Origin: an uncultured Gammaproteobacteria bacterium
Lineage (GTDB): Bacteria; Patescibacteriota; Patescibacteriia; Patescibacteriales; GWC2-42-12
Reading direction: 5' to 3'
Assembly: GCA_964553705.1 (NCBI GenBank)
Contig: CAZKKV010000002.1
Span: forward strand, 1 to 42,560
DNA length: 42,560 nt
Shown: one piece after another, positions 33,676 to 42,560 of the stretch
Layout: every line of letters starts with the position of its first letter
Position numbering within the stretch: the stretch's first letter is position 1
Notes under the pieces: generated by a model
What the model saw: only the letters and a program-made list of their open reading frames with translations
Told to the model about the DNA's origin: nothing
Database searches by the model: none
Position numbers and translations under genes: made by a program

Positions 33676-33978
33676 ATGCGGTTATCAAAACTGCAAAAAT
33701 ATGTTTTGGTAAAGTGCTATGACAATAAAAACAGCATGGAATTAAAGGTGGAATTTTATTCTTTTTATTCTAGAGTTGAGCTTGATAAGAATAAAAAATT
33801 AATTCAAGACATAATTCATAAAAGTTTAGAAAATTTAGTTGAAAAAGATTTATTAATTTCTTACGGTAAAAAGACAGCTCGAAAATGGTTTATTAATAAA
33901 GTTAAATTAACCAAATTAGGTCGGCAAAAAGCAATTGAAATGATAAAAAGTAAACAGCGCAAGCTACCGATAAAATAA
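33676..33978 (+). CDS. Hypothetical small basic protein (100 aa; possible winged-helix)
   Basis: ORF from the track, followed by the hairpin GACTCAT TTTA ATGAGTC (33989-34008). Confidence 0.5.
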   Translation: MRLSKLQKYVLVKCYDNKNSMELKVEFYSFYSRVELDKNKKLIQDIIHKSLENLVEKDLLISYGKKTARKWFINKVKLTKLGRQKAIEMIKSKQRKLPIK

Positions 33979-34023
33979 TAATAAATTAAGACTCATTTTA
34001 ATGAGTCATGGAAGGTCAAAAAT

Positions 34024-34950
34024 ATGGATCAATCTAATAATAATGCCAAATTTGCCTTTTTTTACATGCTTTCTTTGGTAGCGTTAATTTTTATGGCGTT
34101 ATCGGCCGGCATGATAGTATTTCAGATTATCAATAAGTTAATCAAAGATATTATCGATCAGTATAGTGGTAGTTTTAATTCAGGCGCTTTAAAATTTGCC
34201 ATTTCGGCTTTGATAATTTCAACGCCAATTTATTATTTTACAGCCAGCCAGATTTATAAAAATTTGTATAATGGAACTTTAGGTAAAGATTCGGGTATTC
34301 GTCGATGGCTGACCTATTTTATTTTGTTTATTTCTTCGGTGGTAATGATTGGTTGGTTTATTGGAATCATTAATACTTTTTTAGACGGTGATTTGACTTT
34401 GAAATTTGCTTTAAAAGCCTTAACTGCTGTAATAATTTCCGGGTCTGTCTTCGGTTTTTATTTTTATGATATCAAGAGAGAAGAGATTGTTGGTAAAAAA
34501 GATGTGGTGATTAAAATATTTTTTTGGATTTCACTAGTTGTTGTAATAGCAGTTTTTATTGGTAGTTTGTTTATTGTTGAATCGCCAAAAGAAACCAGGT
34601 TAAGAAAAATTGATGAAGTTGTTTTAACTGGATTTAATGAGATAGATAATGTTATAAATATTTATTTTTCAGATATGGAAAAATTACCAGAAAATTTGGA
34701 TGTAATCGATGATTATAGTGATTATCTAAACAAAAACGATTTAGTTGACCCAGAGACAAACGAAAGATTTGGCTATAATGTTTTGTCAGAAAAAAAGTAT
34801 GAATTATGTACCACTTTTAGGACATCCAATCTTGACGATGAAGATATTCAGTCGGTATACAATAAAGATCGTTGGCCACATGAAGCCGGTTATAAGTGTT
34901 TAACGCAATTAATAAACGATGGTAAAAGTTTAAAAGAGATTCGTGAGTAG
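34024..34950 (+). CDS. Multi-pass membrane protein with C-terminal soluble domain (hypothetical)
   Basis: About five hydrophobic helices in the N-terminal 190 aa, then a hydrophilic C-terminal third. Confidence 0.7.
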   Translation: MDQSNNNAKFAFFYMLSLVALIFMALSAGMIVFQIINKLIKDIIDQYSGSFNSGALKFAISALIISTPIYYFTASQIYKNLYNGTLGKDSGIRRWLTYFILFISSVVMIGWFIGIINTFLDGDLTLKFALKALTAVIISGSVFGFYFYDIKREEIVGKKDVVIKIFFWISLVVVIAVFIGSLFIVESPKETRLRKIDEVVLTGFNEIDNVINIYFSDMEKLPENLDVIDDYSDYLNKNDLVDPETNERFGYNVLSEKKYELCTTFRTSNLDDEDIQSVYNKDRWPHEAGYKCLTQLINDGKSLKEIRE

Positions 34951-35042
34951 GGAGAAGCTAGTTATTATTTTATAGATAAAAGTTCTAAGGAGGATTTTTA
35001 TTTTGGGTCTTTTGTACATTGATAAATTATAAGGAGGGATGT

Positions 35043-35285
35043 ATGGGAAGAAGTATAGCAGTATTTTGTGATGGTTGTGAATTAGAGTATTGTCCCGCTA
35101 TAGTTCTTACTAGGGACATAATAGAAAAAATAATTACATATAACAAAGAAATTTCAGAAGAGCTTATTGGTGGCAAAGTTATTATTTTTGTTTGTGAAAT
35201 CAATTCATCTCCGGTATTGTCAGCGTTTCATTTAATTTCAAAGGAGATTTTTGAATTACAGTCTTGGATTACAATAAGGATGTAA
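35043..35285 (+). CDS. Small orphan protein G (80 aa, N-terminal CxxCxxxxC)
   Basis: SD AAGGAGGG (35031-35038). In-frame ATG 35043 is preferred over the track's TTG 35019. Confidence 0.5.
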   Translation: MGRSIAVFCDGCELEYCPAIVLTRDIIEKIITYNKEISEELIGGKVIIFVCEINSSPVLSAFHLISKEIFELQSWITIRM

Positions 35286-35329
35286 AAATTTCTTTTAAAA
35301 AGCACCAACTATGAAAGGAGGGTAAAGTC

Positions 35330-35512
35330 TTGGCAAAAAAAGGAAATGGAAAAAAAAGAAGCAGGGAGCATTCTGGTAGGCCCAGTATGTGTGAAAAAGA
35401 ACCTGGCGACAGTGCTTGTTTGAAGCAATTAAGAAGTAATCGGCCAAGAATTTGCAAATTGTGTAATGTTGAAAAAATACAAAAAATCAAAAAGAGAATT
35501 TTTGGTTTATAG
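35330..35512 (+). CDS. Small basic orphan protein H (60 aa, four Cys: C-x8-C ... C-x2-C)
   Basis: SD AAGGAGGG (35315-35322) lies 7 nt before TTG 35330. A terminator follows. Confidence 0.5.
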   Translation: MAKKGNGKKRSREHSGRPSMCEKEPGDSACLKQLRSNRPRICKLCNVEKIQKIKKRIFGL

Positions 35513-35535
35513 AAGTTTTTTGAAAAAAGCAAAGT

Positions 35536-35580
35536 ACCAACCACAAAAAAGGAGGTGAAAAAAAGTGGTTGGTTTTTTTT
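35536..35580 (+). terminator. Intrinsic terminator after ORF H
   Basis: ACCAACCAC / GTGGTTGGT (9 bp) with a 20-nt A-rich loop containing AAGGAGGTG, then T8. Confidence 0.6.
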
Positions 35581-35666
35581 GCTCAAAAAAGCAAAATAAG
35601 GTATAATATTAACAATTAACAGTATGTTAATGGGTTTTAATTTTTTAATTTTAATATATAAATTAT

Positions 35667-36251
35667 ATGGCTAAAAAGACAAAATTATCCCCAAGATTAG
35701 TGAGTTATTTGGAAAAAGTAGGTGTTGATCATGATATTTTGGAGCACAAAACCGTCTATACTGCTATTGATGCGGCTAATACTATGGGAAAAAAATTAAA
35801 CGAGATTGCCAAGTCATTATTAGTGAAAGCTGATAATGATTATTTTTTGGTGTTATTGCCGGCTGACCACAATCTTGATTTTAAAAAACTAGGACTTTGT
35901 ATCGGCGCACAGGCAGGCAAAAAAATTAAGGTGGTAAAAATCCCTGGAGAAAAAATCATGGAGAGTGCTTTGAAAATTAAAGCTGGAGCGTTAAGCGCGT
36001 TTGGCGGTATGCATAAATTGCCAGTGATTATGGATAAAAAATTAGCCAAGACGAAAAAAGCAATTTTCTCTTCTGGCAGTTTTAATCATTCCGTAGAAAT
36101 GGCAGTAAAAGATTTTATCAAATTAGAAAATACTTTATTAGGTAATTTTGGAATTAAGAAAAAAATAAAATTACAGAAGCCAATTAAAAAGAAAGCAAAA
36201 AAAGCAGTTAAAGCAAAAAAAGCAGTTGTTAAAAAGAAAATGAAAAAATAG
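35667..36251 (+). CDS. YbaK/ProX-type aminoacyl-tRNA deacylase domain with Lys-rich C-terminal tail
   Basis: ..VDHDILEHKTVYTAIDAANTMG......AKSLLVKADNDYFLVLLPADHNLDFKKL.. is the YbaK/EbsC pattern. Tail: KKKIKLQKPIKKKAKKAVKAKKAVVKKKMKK. Confidence 0.75.
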   Translation: MAKKTKLSPRLVSYLEKVGVDHDILEHKTVYTAIDAANTMGKKLNEIAKSLLVKADNDYFLVLLPADHNLDFKKLGLCIGAQAGKKIKVVKIPGEKIMESALKIKAGALSAFGGMHKLPVIMDKKLAKTKKAIFSSGSFNHSVEMAVKDFIKLENTLLGNFGIKKKIKLQKPIKKKAKKAVKAKKAVVKKKMKK

Positions 36252-36265
36252 TTTAAAAAATCCCC

Positions 36266-36970
36266 ATGATGCAAATAAAAATAGACAAGTTTGAAGGTCC
36301 TCTCGGGTTACTACTTAAACTGATTGAGAAGGAAGAGATGGATATTACCGAAATTTGTTTGGCAAAAATAACCGATCAATACATTAATTACATAAGAAAT
36401 TCTGATTATATCAAGCCTGATGATATGGCTGATTTTTTAGTTGTAGCGGCAAAACTACTTTTGATTAAATCAAAAGCGTTGTTACCGTATTTGTATTCTG
36501 AAGAAGAATCAGAAATTGAGGAGTTTGAGCAACAGTTAAAAATGTATAAAGAATTTGTTGAAGCGTCCAAGGTGATTGAAAAAATGATTGGCAAAAAGAA
36601 ATTTATGTTTGCCAGAGAGTTTAATCGTCAAGTAATGTTGGCTAACGCAAAGATATTCTCTCCACCGAAAAAAATAACGATTGATGATGTAAAAATTGTT
36701 TTTGAAGAATTAATCGGAAGATTAAAACCGACAGATAAACTCGAAGAAAGGTCGATGGAAAAGACAGTAAGTATTGATGAAAAAATTTCTGCTATTAAAG
36801 ATTTACTTATGGAAAGAATTAAGTTTAGTTTTAAAAAAATTCTGAGCGGAGCGCAAAATAAAACCGACATAATAGTGAGTTTTTTAGCTATGTTAGAATT
36901 AATTAAACAAAAAACTATTACCGTCGAACAGCATCATCTGTTTGGGGAAATCGATATTAATAAAGCATAA
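36266..36970 (+). CDS. scpA: Segregation and condensation protein A (kleisin)
   Basis: ..IDKFEGPLGLLLKLIEKEEMDITEI.LAKITDQY.. Confidence 0.88.
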   Translation: MMQIKIDKFEGPLGLLLKLIEKEEMDITEICLAKITDQYINYIRNSDYIKPDDMADFLVVAAKLLLIKSKALLPYLYSEEESEIEEFEQQLKMYKEFVEASKVIEKMIGKKKFMFAREFNRQVMLANAKIFSPPKKITIDDVKIVFEELIGRLKPTDKLEERSMEKTVSIDEKISAIKDLLMERIKFSFKKILSGAQNKTDIIVSFLAMLELIKQKTITVEQHHLFGEIDINKA

Positions 36971-36974
36971 AATC

Positions 36975-37520
36975 ATGAGTTTAGAAACAAAAATTGAATC
37001 ATTATTATTTATTTCGGCTAAGCCAATGTCAATTAAACAATTAGCCGATTTATTAAAAACGGAAAAAGATAAAATACAAGAAGCTGGTGATGAGCTAGTG
37101 GAAGAATATAAAAACAATAAACGTGGCGTTCAAATTATTAAAGATGGTTTAAAATATCAAATGGTTAGCGCACCGGAAAATTCCAAGGTCGTACAAGAGT
37201 TTATTAAAGACGAAACAACCGGAGAATTAACCAGACCAAGTCTAGAGGCGTTGACGATTATTGCTTATCGTAGTCCGATTTCAAAAATTGATTTAGACAG
37301 AATAAGAGGTGTTAACTGTGCTTTGATTATACGAAATTTGTTATTAAGGGGATTAATTGAAGCAAAAACCGATAGTAAAAAACGAGAGACTTATTATTCG
37401 GTTAGCTTTGATTTTATCCGTTTTCTCGGCATCAATAACATTATTGATTTGCCTGATTACAAAAAATTAAACGAAGATGACACTCTTGATAGATTTTTAG
37501 AAGAAACTAACGACAATTAG
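36975..37520 (+). CDS. scpB: Segregation and condensation protein B
   Basis: MSLETKIESLLFIS.KPMSIKQLA...; ..LEALTIIAYRSPISK.DLDRIRGV. ATG 36975 follows the scpA stop, and the track's 36942 start is rejected. Confidence 0.88.
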   Translation: MSLETKIESLLFISAKPMSIKQLADLLKTEKDKIQEAGDELVEEYKNNKRGVQIIKDGLKYQMVSAPENSKVVQEFIKDETTGELTRPSLEALTIIAYRSPISKIDLDRIRGVNCALIIRNLLLRGLIEAKTDSKKRETYYSVSFDFIRFLGINNIIDLPDYKKLNEDDTLDRFLEETNDN

Positions 37521-37523
37521 AGT

Positions 37524-38717
37524 ATGAAAAATAAAAACATAATTGAGAATCCTAAAAAAATAAAGCAAGCCGATTTGATAGTTGGCATTCCTTCACACAA
37601 CGAGGCTGACACTATCGCCTATGTCGCTGAACAAGTCGACAGGGGTTTAACTAAAAATTTTCCTAAATACAAAGCAGTCATTATTAATCTCGATAATTAC
37701 TCACCAGATAATACAAAAAAAATTTTTTTGAATGTAAAAACAGCTAATCCGAAAATTTATATTTCGACAGTCCGAGGAGTTATGGGCAAAGGTAGAAATT
37801 TATACAACCTTTTCAATTACGCCAGCCGTTTAAACGCAAAGGCAGTGGCCGTAGTAGATGCTGATTTAGAAAGCATTACGTCGGAATGGATGAAAAATTT
37901 ACTGACGCCGATATTGACTGGCTACGACTTAGCAACTCCTTATTATTCAAGATGTGAATATGATGGTTCAATTACTAATCATATATGTTATCCGCTAATT
38001 TATGGTTTATTTGGTTTGAATATACGTCAACCGATTGGCGGTGACTTTGCCTTTTCGCCTAAATTGGTTGAATATTGGCTTAAACAGAAATGGCATAAAA
38101 CTACCTATAAATATGGTATAGATATTTTTATGACGATTAATGCGATTACCGGAGGATTTAAAATAGCACAAGTCGGATTAGGCGCAAAAATTCATAAACC
38201 GAGCGCTCCTAAACTTGGACCGATGTTTTCTCAGGTTGTTGCGACATTATTCAAAAATGTTTTAGCTAACAAAAAATTATGGCTTGATAATAAAGGGGAA
38301 AAATCTGTAAAATATTTTGGTAAAAAAACTTTTGCTAAACCGCAGACTCTGGGGGTTGACTATAAAAGCATGAAGATAACTTCGATTTTTGATTTTCAGG
38401 CTAACGAAGATTTACTTCAACGAGCTTTGAGCGGAGTGGTTTTTAAAAAAATTAAAAGAATGTATGAAGTTGGCAAAATAGAAATAGACGATCAGCTTTG
38501 GTATAAAATCCTTTTTGATGTGCTATACGCTTATGATAGAACTGATTTAAACGCTGGCTTGATTGAAGCTATTAAACCTTTGTATTTTGGTCGCTTTATT
38601 AGTTTTTTTAGATCCACACTAGATAAACCCTTTGAAGATTGTGAAGAGGAAATAAAAGAACAGGCAAAATTGTTTTGGGAAGATCGTCAGTATCTAATAA
38701 GTAAATATCACAAATAA
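37524..38717 (+). CDS. Soluble GT-A-fold glycosyltransferase (family 2/81-like)
   Basis: LIVGIPSHNEADTI (nucleotide-sugar binding start) and VVDADL (DxD). No TM segments. The exact family is not assignable by eye. Confidence 0.55.
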   Translation: MKNKNIIENPKKIKQADLIVGIPSHNEADTIAYVAEQVDRGLTKNFPKYKAVIINLDNYSPDNTKKIFLNVKTANPKIYISTVRGVMGKGRNLYNLFNYASRLNAKAVAVVDADLESITSEWMKNLLTPILTGYDLATPYYSRCEYDGSITNHICYPLIYGLFGLNIRQPIGGDFAFSPKLVEYWLKQKWHKTTYKYGIDIFMTINAITGGFKIAQVGLGAKIHKPSAPKLGPMFSQVVATLFKNVLANKKLWLDNKGEKSVKYFGKKTFAKPQTLGVDYKSMKITSIFDFQANEDLLQRALSGVVFKKIKRMYEVGKIEIDDQLWYKILFDVLYAYDRTDLNAGLIEAIKPLYFGRFISFFRSTLDKPFEDCEEEIKEQAKLFWEDRQYLISKYHK

Positions 38718-38721
38718 TTTT

Positions 38722-39786
38722 ATGTTGATTTCGGCAGCAATTAGTTTTATTATATCAACTTCGCTGTTTAGTGGGTTAATCGGATTAGCGCCAGTTATGT
38801 TTGTGTCATCATACAATTATCAGCAGGAAGGTGCAGTATTGGGCGTATCAGAAGAAAATAAAGTAGAGGACAAATTAGTTGAAGATCAAATTGATTTTGA
38901 GAATGCCGTTGCCAAAATGGTTGACGAAACTCAAAAATTATTTTTGCCGAATTTACCGCAGTTGCCACAACTTGATCAGCCGATAAAGCGATTGCCGACT
39001 AGTCAAATAAAAGGAGAAACAATTATTATCAATGATTTAGATATGCAGGCTGATAATGCTTTGGCAATGGATTGTCAAAGTGGAGATATCTTTTTTGAAA
39101 AACGAATAGATCAACCGCGATCAATAGCTAGTATAACTAAACTCATAACAGCCTTGGTGTTTTTGGATTATAATCCTGGCTGGGATGAAATTTATAAAAT
39201 AAAAGAGTCTGATAGAAGAGATGGGGGAATAGTTTATCTTTACACAGGAGAAGAGGTAAAAACAAAAGATTTGTTCTACACCAGTCTCGTTGGTTCAGGC
39301 AATACCGCGACAGTAGCCCTAGTTCATTCAACTGGTATGACCGAGCAGGAATTTGTCGATAAAATGAACGAAAAAGCAAAGACTTTGGGTTTTAAAAATA
39401 CTCGTTTTGTTGAGGTGTCAGGTTTGCACAGTGGTAATATTTCGACTGCCAGAGAAGTCGCTAAATTGGCTGACATAGCTTTTTCAAACGACGATTTAGC
39501 AAAAGCTTGTTCGACTAGTAAATACGAATATGAAACTACGGGTGGTAGAAAAAAAGTAATTTATAGTACAAATTATTTGTTGTCTGACAAAAATTTGGAA
39601 ACTGAGCATATAACAGTTTTAGATGGCAAAACAGGATATATAGACGCTGCCGGGTATTGCTTGGTCAGTAAGTTTAAAAATACTGAAGGCGGTGAAATAA
39701 TCACTGTAGTTTTAGGCACAGGCAATAATGGAGCTCGCTTTGAAGAAACGGAAAAATTGATTAAAGCTATTTATGAAAAATTATAA
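38722..39786 (+). CDS. D-alanyl-D-alanine carboxypeptidase (peptidase S11, PBP5/6-like) with N-terminal anchor
   Basis: SxxK (ASITK), SxN (GSGN) and KTG (GKTGY) motifs in the correct order. Confidence 0.88.
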   Translation: MLISAAISFIISTSLFSGLIGLAPVMFVSSYNYQQEGAVLGVSEENKVEDKLVEDQIDFENAVAKMVDETQKLFLPNLPQLPQLDQPIKRLPTSQIKGETIIINDLDMQADNALAMDCQSGDIFFEKRIDQPRSIASITKLITALVFLDYNPGWDEIYKIKESDRRDGGIVYLYTGEEVKTKDLFYTSLVGSGNTATVALVHSTGMTEQEFVDKMNEKAKTLGFKNTRFVEVSGLHSGNISTAREVAKLADIAFSNDDLAKACSTSKYEYETTGGRKKVIYSTNYLLSDKNLETEHITVLDGKTGYIDAAGYCLVSKFKNTEGGEIITVVLGTGNNGARFEETEKLIKAIYEKL

Positions 39787-39847
39787 ATTTGAGAATACCA
39801 AATTAAAATGATATACTGTAATCAAGATTAAAATTTATTTTAAAAAT

Positions 39848-40615
39848 ATGGAGAAGCAAAAAATTATCATTGCTAACTGGAAAATGAAGCTAACATTAGC
39901 TAAAAGTTTAGAATTAGCAAAAAAGATGAAAGACAAATTTAAAAATTTTAGAAAAGGCAAGATTGTAGTTTGTCCATCTTTTATTGTTTTAGACGAGATT
40001 AGTAAGATATTTGAAAAAACCGCAGTAGAAGTTGGAGGTCAAGACGTTTTTTGGAATGAAAACGGCGCATATACTGGCGAAATTTCTCCAGAGATGTTAA
40101 TTGAAGCAGGTTGTAAATATGTTTTAATCGGACATAGTGAAAGACGTAAGCATTTATTAGAGAATTATGAAATGATAAACAAAGAAGTGAAAGCTGTTTT
40201 AAATGCTGAGAGTTTAGTGCCAGTAATTTGCATTGGAGAAAACTGGGAAGAGAGAAAAACAGAAAAACGTGATTTTGTTTTAACAGAACAATTAAAATTA
40301 GCATTAAGTGATATAGATATCTTGGGTAATCAGCAAGTAATTGTTGCGTATGAGCCTATTTGGGCAATCGGAACAGGTACTGCTATTGAGCCTTCAGAAG
40401 CAGAGTATGCACACAAAATAATTAAACTAACTTTAAATGATATGTTTGGTATGCAGACTGTTAGCAAAAATTTTAGAATTATATATGGAGGTAGTATAAA
40501 CAGTCAAAACGTTGGTGGTTTTATAAACATAGAAGGTGTTGATGGTTTATTAGTTGGTGGTGCTAGCTTAGATGTAAATGAATTTTATAAGGTAGCACAA
40601 TCAATAGCAAAATAA
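39848..40615 (+). CDS. tpiA: Triosephosphate isomerase
   Basis: IIANWKM, IGHSERR, AYEPIWAIGTG, YGGS. Confidence 0.96.
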   Translation: MEKQKIIIANWKMKLTLAKSLELAKKMKDKFKNFRKGKIVVCPSFIVLDEISKIFEKTAVEVGGQDVFWNENGAYTGEISPEMLIEAGCKYVLIGHSERRKHLLENYEMINKEVKAVLNAESLVPVICIGENWEERKTEKRDFVLTEQLKLALSDIDILGNQQVIVAYEPIWAIGTGTAIEPSEAEYAHKIIKLTLNDMFGMQTVSKNFRIIYGGSINSQNVGGFINIEGVDGLLVGGASLDVNEFYKVAQSIAK

Positions 40616-40643
40616 ATAAAATAATTTAAGATAGTCCAAAAAT

Positions 40644-41519
40644 ATGTTAGTCCATATTAAGGAAATAGTTAAACAAGCTAAAAAAGGCGGTTATGCCATA
40701 GGCGCTTTTAATATTCACAGTGTGGAATCTATTTTGGGTGTAGCTCAAGCAGCAGTTGAAACAAAATCTCCAGCCATTATACAAGTATCTGAAAGTACAA
40801 TAAATTACATGGGATTGAAACCGATAACTCATTTGGTTTCAACAGTGGCAAAAAATATTGCCGCTAAAGTGCCTATTGCCCTGCAATTGGATCACGGCAA
40901 AAGTTTTGAATCGGTTTTGGAATGTATTAATGCTGGTTTTACTTCAGTGCATATCGATGCTTCAGTCTTGCCCCTAGACGAAAATATCGCTATAACAAAA
41001 CAGGTTGTTAAGTTTGCTCATCGTAAAGGTGTATGGGTACAAGGAGAAGTAGGTTCTATAATCGGCGGACATGGAAACATAGCTGGAAAAATAAAAGATA
41101 TCCCAATAGCGAATTTAGCCGAAGTAATAAAATTTGCTAAAGAGACGAATGTTGATACTCTGGCTGCTGCAGTCGGTACAGCTCATGGCGTTTATAAGAA
41201 TGAAGATATAAAGTTTGAGCTTCTTAGAAAAATAATCAAACAAACAAAAAAAACTTTTGTGCTTCATGGTGGCTCAGGTTTACCTGATAAAAAAATTAAA
41301 AAGGCGATAAAAGAGGGTGTAAATATAATAAATATTGGCAGTGATATAAAAATAGCTTTTTGCCAAGAACTAATAAAAAATTGCAAAAACAATAAAAAAG
41401 AAACTGATCCTAGAAATTTACTTAAACCAACCATAGAGGCGGTAGAAAAAGTAGTAATTGACAAGATGAAACTTTTTGGTAGCGCTAATAAGATAATTAT
41501 CAAGAATATAGAAACTTAA
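40644..41519 (+). CDS. fba: Class II fructose-bisphosphate aldolase
   Basis: GGYAIGAFN, LQLDHG, HID.S, GTAHG.Y, LHGGSG. Confidence 0.93.
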   Translation: MLVHIKEIVKQAKKGGYAIGAFNIHSVESILGVAQAAVETKSPAIIQVSESTINYMGLKPITHLVSTVAKNIAAKVPIALQLDHGKSFESVLECINAGFTSVHIDASVLPLDENIAITKQVVKFAHRKGVWVQGEVGSIIGGHGNIAGKIKDIPIANLAEVIKFAKETNVDTLAAAVGTAHGVYKNEDIKFELLRKIIKQTKKTFVLHGGSGLPDKKIKKAIKEGVNIINIGSDIKIAFCQELIKNCKNNKKETDPRNLLKPTIEAVEKVVIDKMKLFGSANKIIIKNIET

Positions 41520-41532
41520 AAATAAATTTACT

Positions 41533-42342
41533 ATGTACAATATCGTACCATTAATTTTAATTCTGGTTAGTCTGGGTATAATAATAGTTGTTTCGATAAA
41601 GAAATTTTCTGTTTTATCTAATTTGGATGTCGATAATATTCCAGCCGAAAAAGAAGCCAAGTTTAAAGAACGGATTATTGGTAATAGAATTAAAAGAAAT
41701 ATAATTAAATGGTGGTCAAAAATTAGCCGTGTAATAATACCAGTATTTAGTTGGTTGAGTGATTTTTTTAAAAATTATTATTGCAGATTGAATGAATTAA
41801 AAAAAGAGTATCGACCAAAATTAGAATTATCAGGAGATAAAAAGGAACTGTCAATCGAAAAGACGTTGATAGATGTTGAAGAGTTGTGCCGACAAGAAAG
41901 CTATGAGGAGGCGGAAAAAAATTTAATTGATATAATTAGTCAGGATCCAATAAACTTAAAGGCATTTAAAAAATTAGCGGATATTTATTTGGAGAAAAAG
42001 AATTTTGAGGAAGCAAAGCAAACCTATGAGCATATATTGAAATTATTTGAGACTAAAATTTTAGCTAGCAACAAAGTTGATTATAACAAGCAAATAGCGC
42101 AAATTTATTTTAGTTTGGCTGAAGTAAATTTAGAACAAGATTATTTTGATGAAGCAATAAGACGTATTGAACAAGCGTTAAAAATAGAGCCAAATAACCC
42201 TAGATATCTTGACATAATGCTTGAAATCAGTATAATGAAAAAAGATAAAGATTTAGCCTTGGATGTTTATGGTAATCTTGAAAAAGCTAATCCAGAGAAT
42301 GAAAAATTAGAGGATTTCAAAAAACAGATTGATGAATTATAA
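41533..42342 (+). CDS. Membrane-anchored TPR-repeat protein
   Basis: N-terminal TM (IVPLILILVSLGIIIVV), then repeated A..Y..AL...P-type TPR helices. Confidence 0.75.
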   Translation: MYNIVPLILILVSLGIIIVVSIKKFSVLSNLDVDNIPAEKEAKFKERIIGNRIKRNIIKWWSKISRVIIPVFSWLSDFFKNYYCRLNELKKEYRPKLELSGDKKELSIEKTLIDVEELCRQESYEEAEKNLIDIISQDPINLKAFKKLADIYLEKKNFEEAKQTYEHILKLFETKILASNKVDYNKQIAQIYFSLAEVNLEQDYFDEAIRRIEQALKIEPNNPRYLDIMLEISIMKKDKDLALDVYGNLEKANPENEKLEDFKKQIDEL

Positions 42343-42360
42343 CAAGATAACTAATAGCGT

Positions 42361-42408
42361 ATAACTAATAATTAGATTTAGAGTTATTGGTTGTAAGTTA
42401 TTAGTTAT
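42361..42408 (+). terminator. Long AT-rich hairpin after the TPR gene
   Basis: ATAACTAATAA (42361-42371) / TTATTAGTTAT (42398-42408), followed by TTTAATT. Confidence 0.4.
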
Positions 42409-42472
42409 TTTAATTATCGCAAAAGTAAGTTCAAATAAATTAATTTACGCTATGAAGCTTTAGCGTAGTAGC

Positions 42473-42545
<73 letters not shown>

Positions 42546-42560
42546 CAGAATATACAATAA

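Noticed and set aside
2811-36974. Longer ORF-track starts: 2811 (receiver), 5706 (ORF D), 10749 (rpsG), 19104 (rplV), 35019 (ORF G) and 36942 (scpB).
   Set aside because: The upstream extensions overlap preceding genes or terminators, or add residues not matching the family N-termini. Internal ATGs give canonical N-termini and/or proper SD spacing.
42346-42408. ATAACTAATA direct repeat and the inverted copy TTATTAGTTAT, considered as possible mobile-element ends.
   Set aside because: They are very short, pure A/T-rich, and enclose no gene. The position right after the TPR gene stop fits a terminator hairpin better.

Overview
AT-rich bacterial chromosome segment. Its gene content and organisation are consistent with a small-genome, CPR/Patescibacteria-like organism; this is an inference from a compact ribosomal cluster lacking L30, many ribosomal proteins with Lys/Glu-rich extensions, and almost no Shine-Dalgarno (SD) sites on core genes. 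Left to right: (i) the end of an integrated element carrying a large serine recombinase, whose 3' end runs into a 5'-truncated ComEC-type metallo-beta-lactamase (MBL) gene; (ii) a stand-alone receiver domain and an enlarged ndk; (iii) a ~2.2 kb non-core island (about 3.95-6.13 kb) of four tandem, partly paralogous cassettes, each a short hydrophobic leader ORF, an intrinsic terminator whose 3' arm is duplicated inside the leader ORF, a conserved spacer, a perfect SD and a small orphan ORF. This looks like a family of attenuators controlling unknown small proteins and is the best candidate for an undescribed system; (iv) two candidate plus-strand structured RNAs (6.18-6.54 kb); (v) a minus-strand operon of ABC-type ATPase, G3E GTPase fused to an RnfB-type Fe-S motif, and 2x[4Fe-4S] ferredoxin; (vi) an AbrB-like gene flanked by TTACGTAA palindromes, rpmB and an M50 protease; (vii) rpsL-rpsG-fusA-(YefM-like ORF)-tuf-rpsJ-(212-nt structured spacer)-rplC...rplO-secY; (viii) an insertion of a hypothetical gene plus a CaCA antiporter, then adk-map, ruvX, recO, aspS, housekeeping genes (scpAB, a DD-carboxypeptidase, tpiA, fba) and tRNA-Thr(GGU). 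No CRISPR array, rRNA or transposase was seen.
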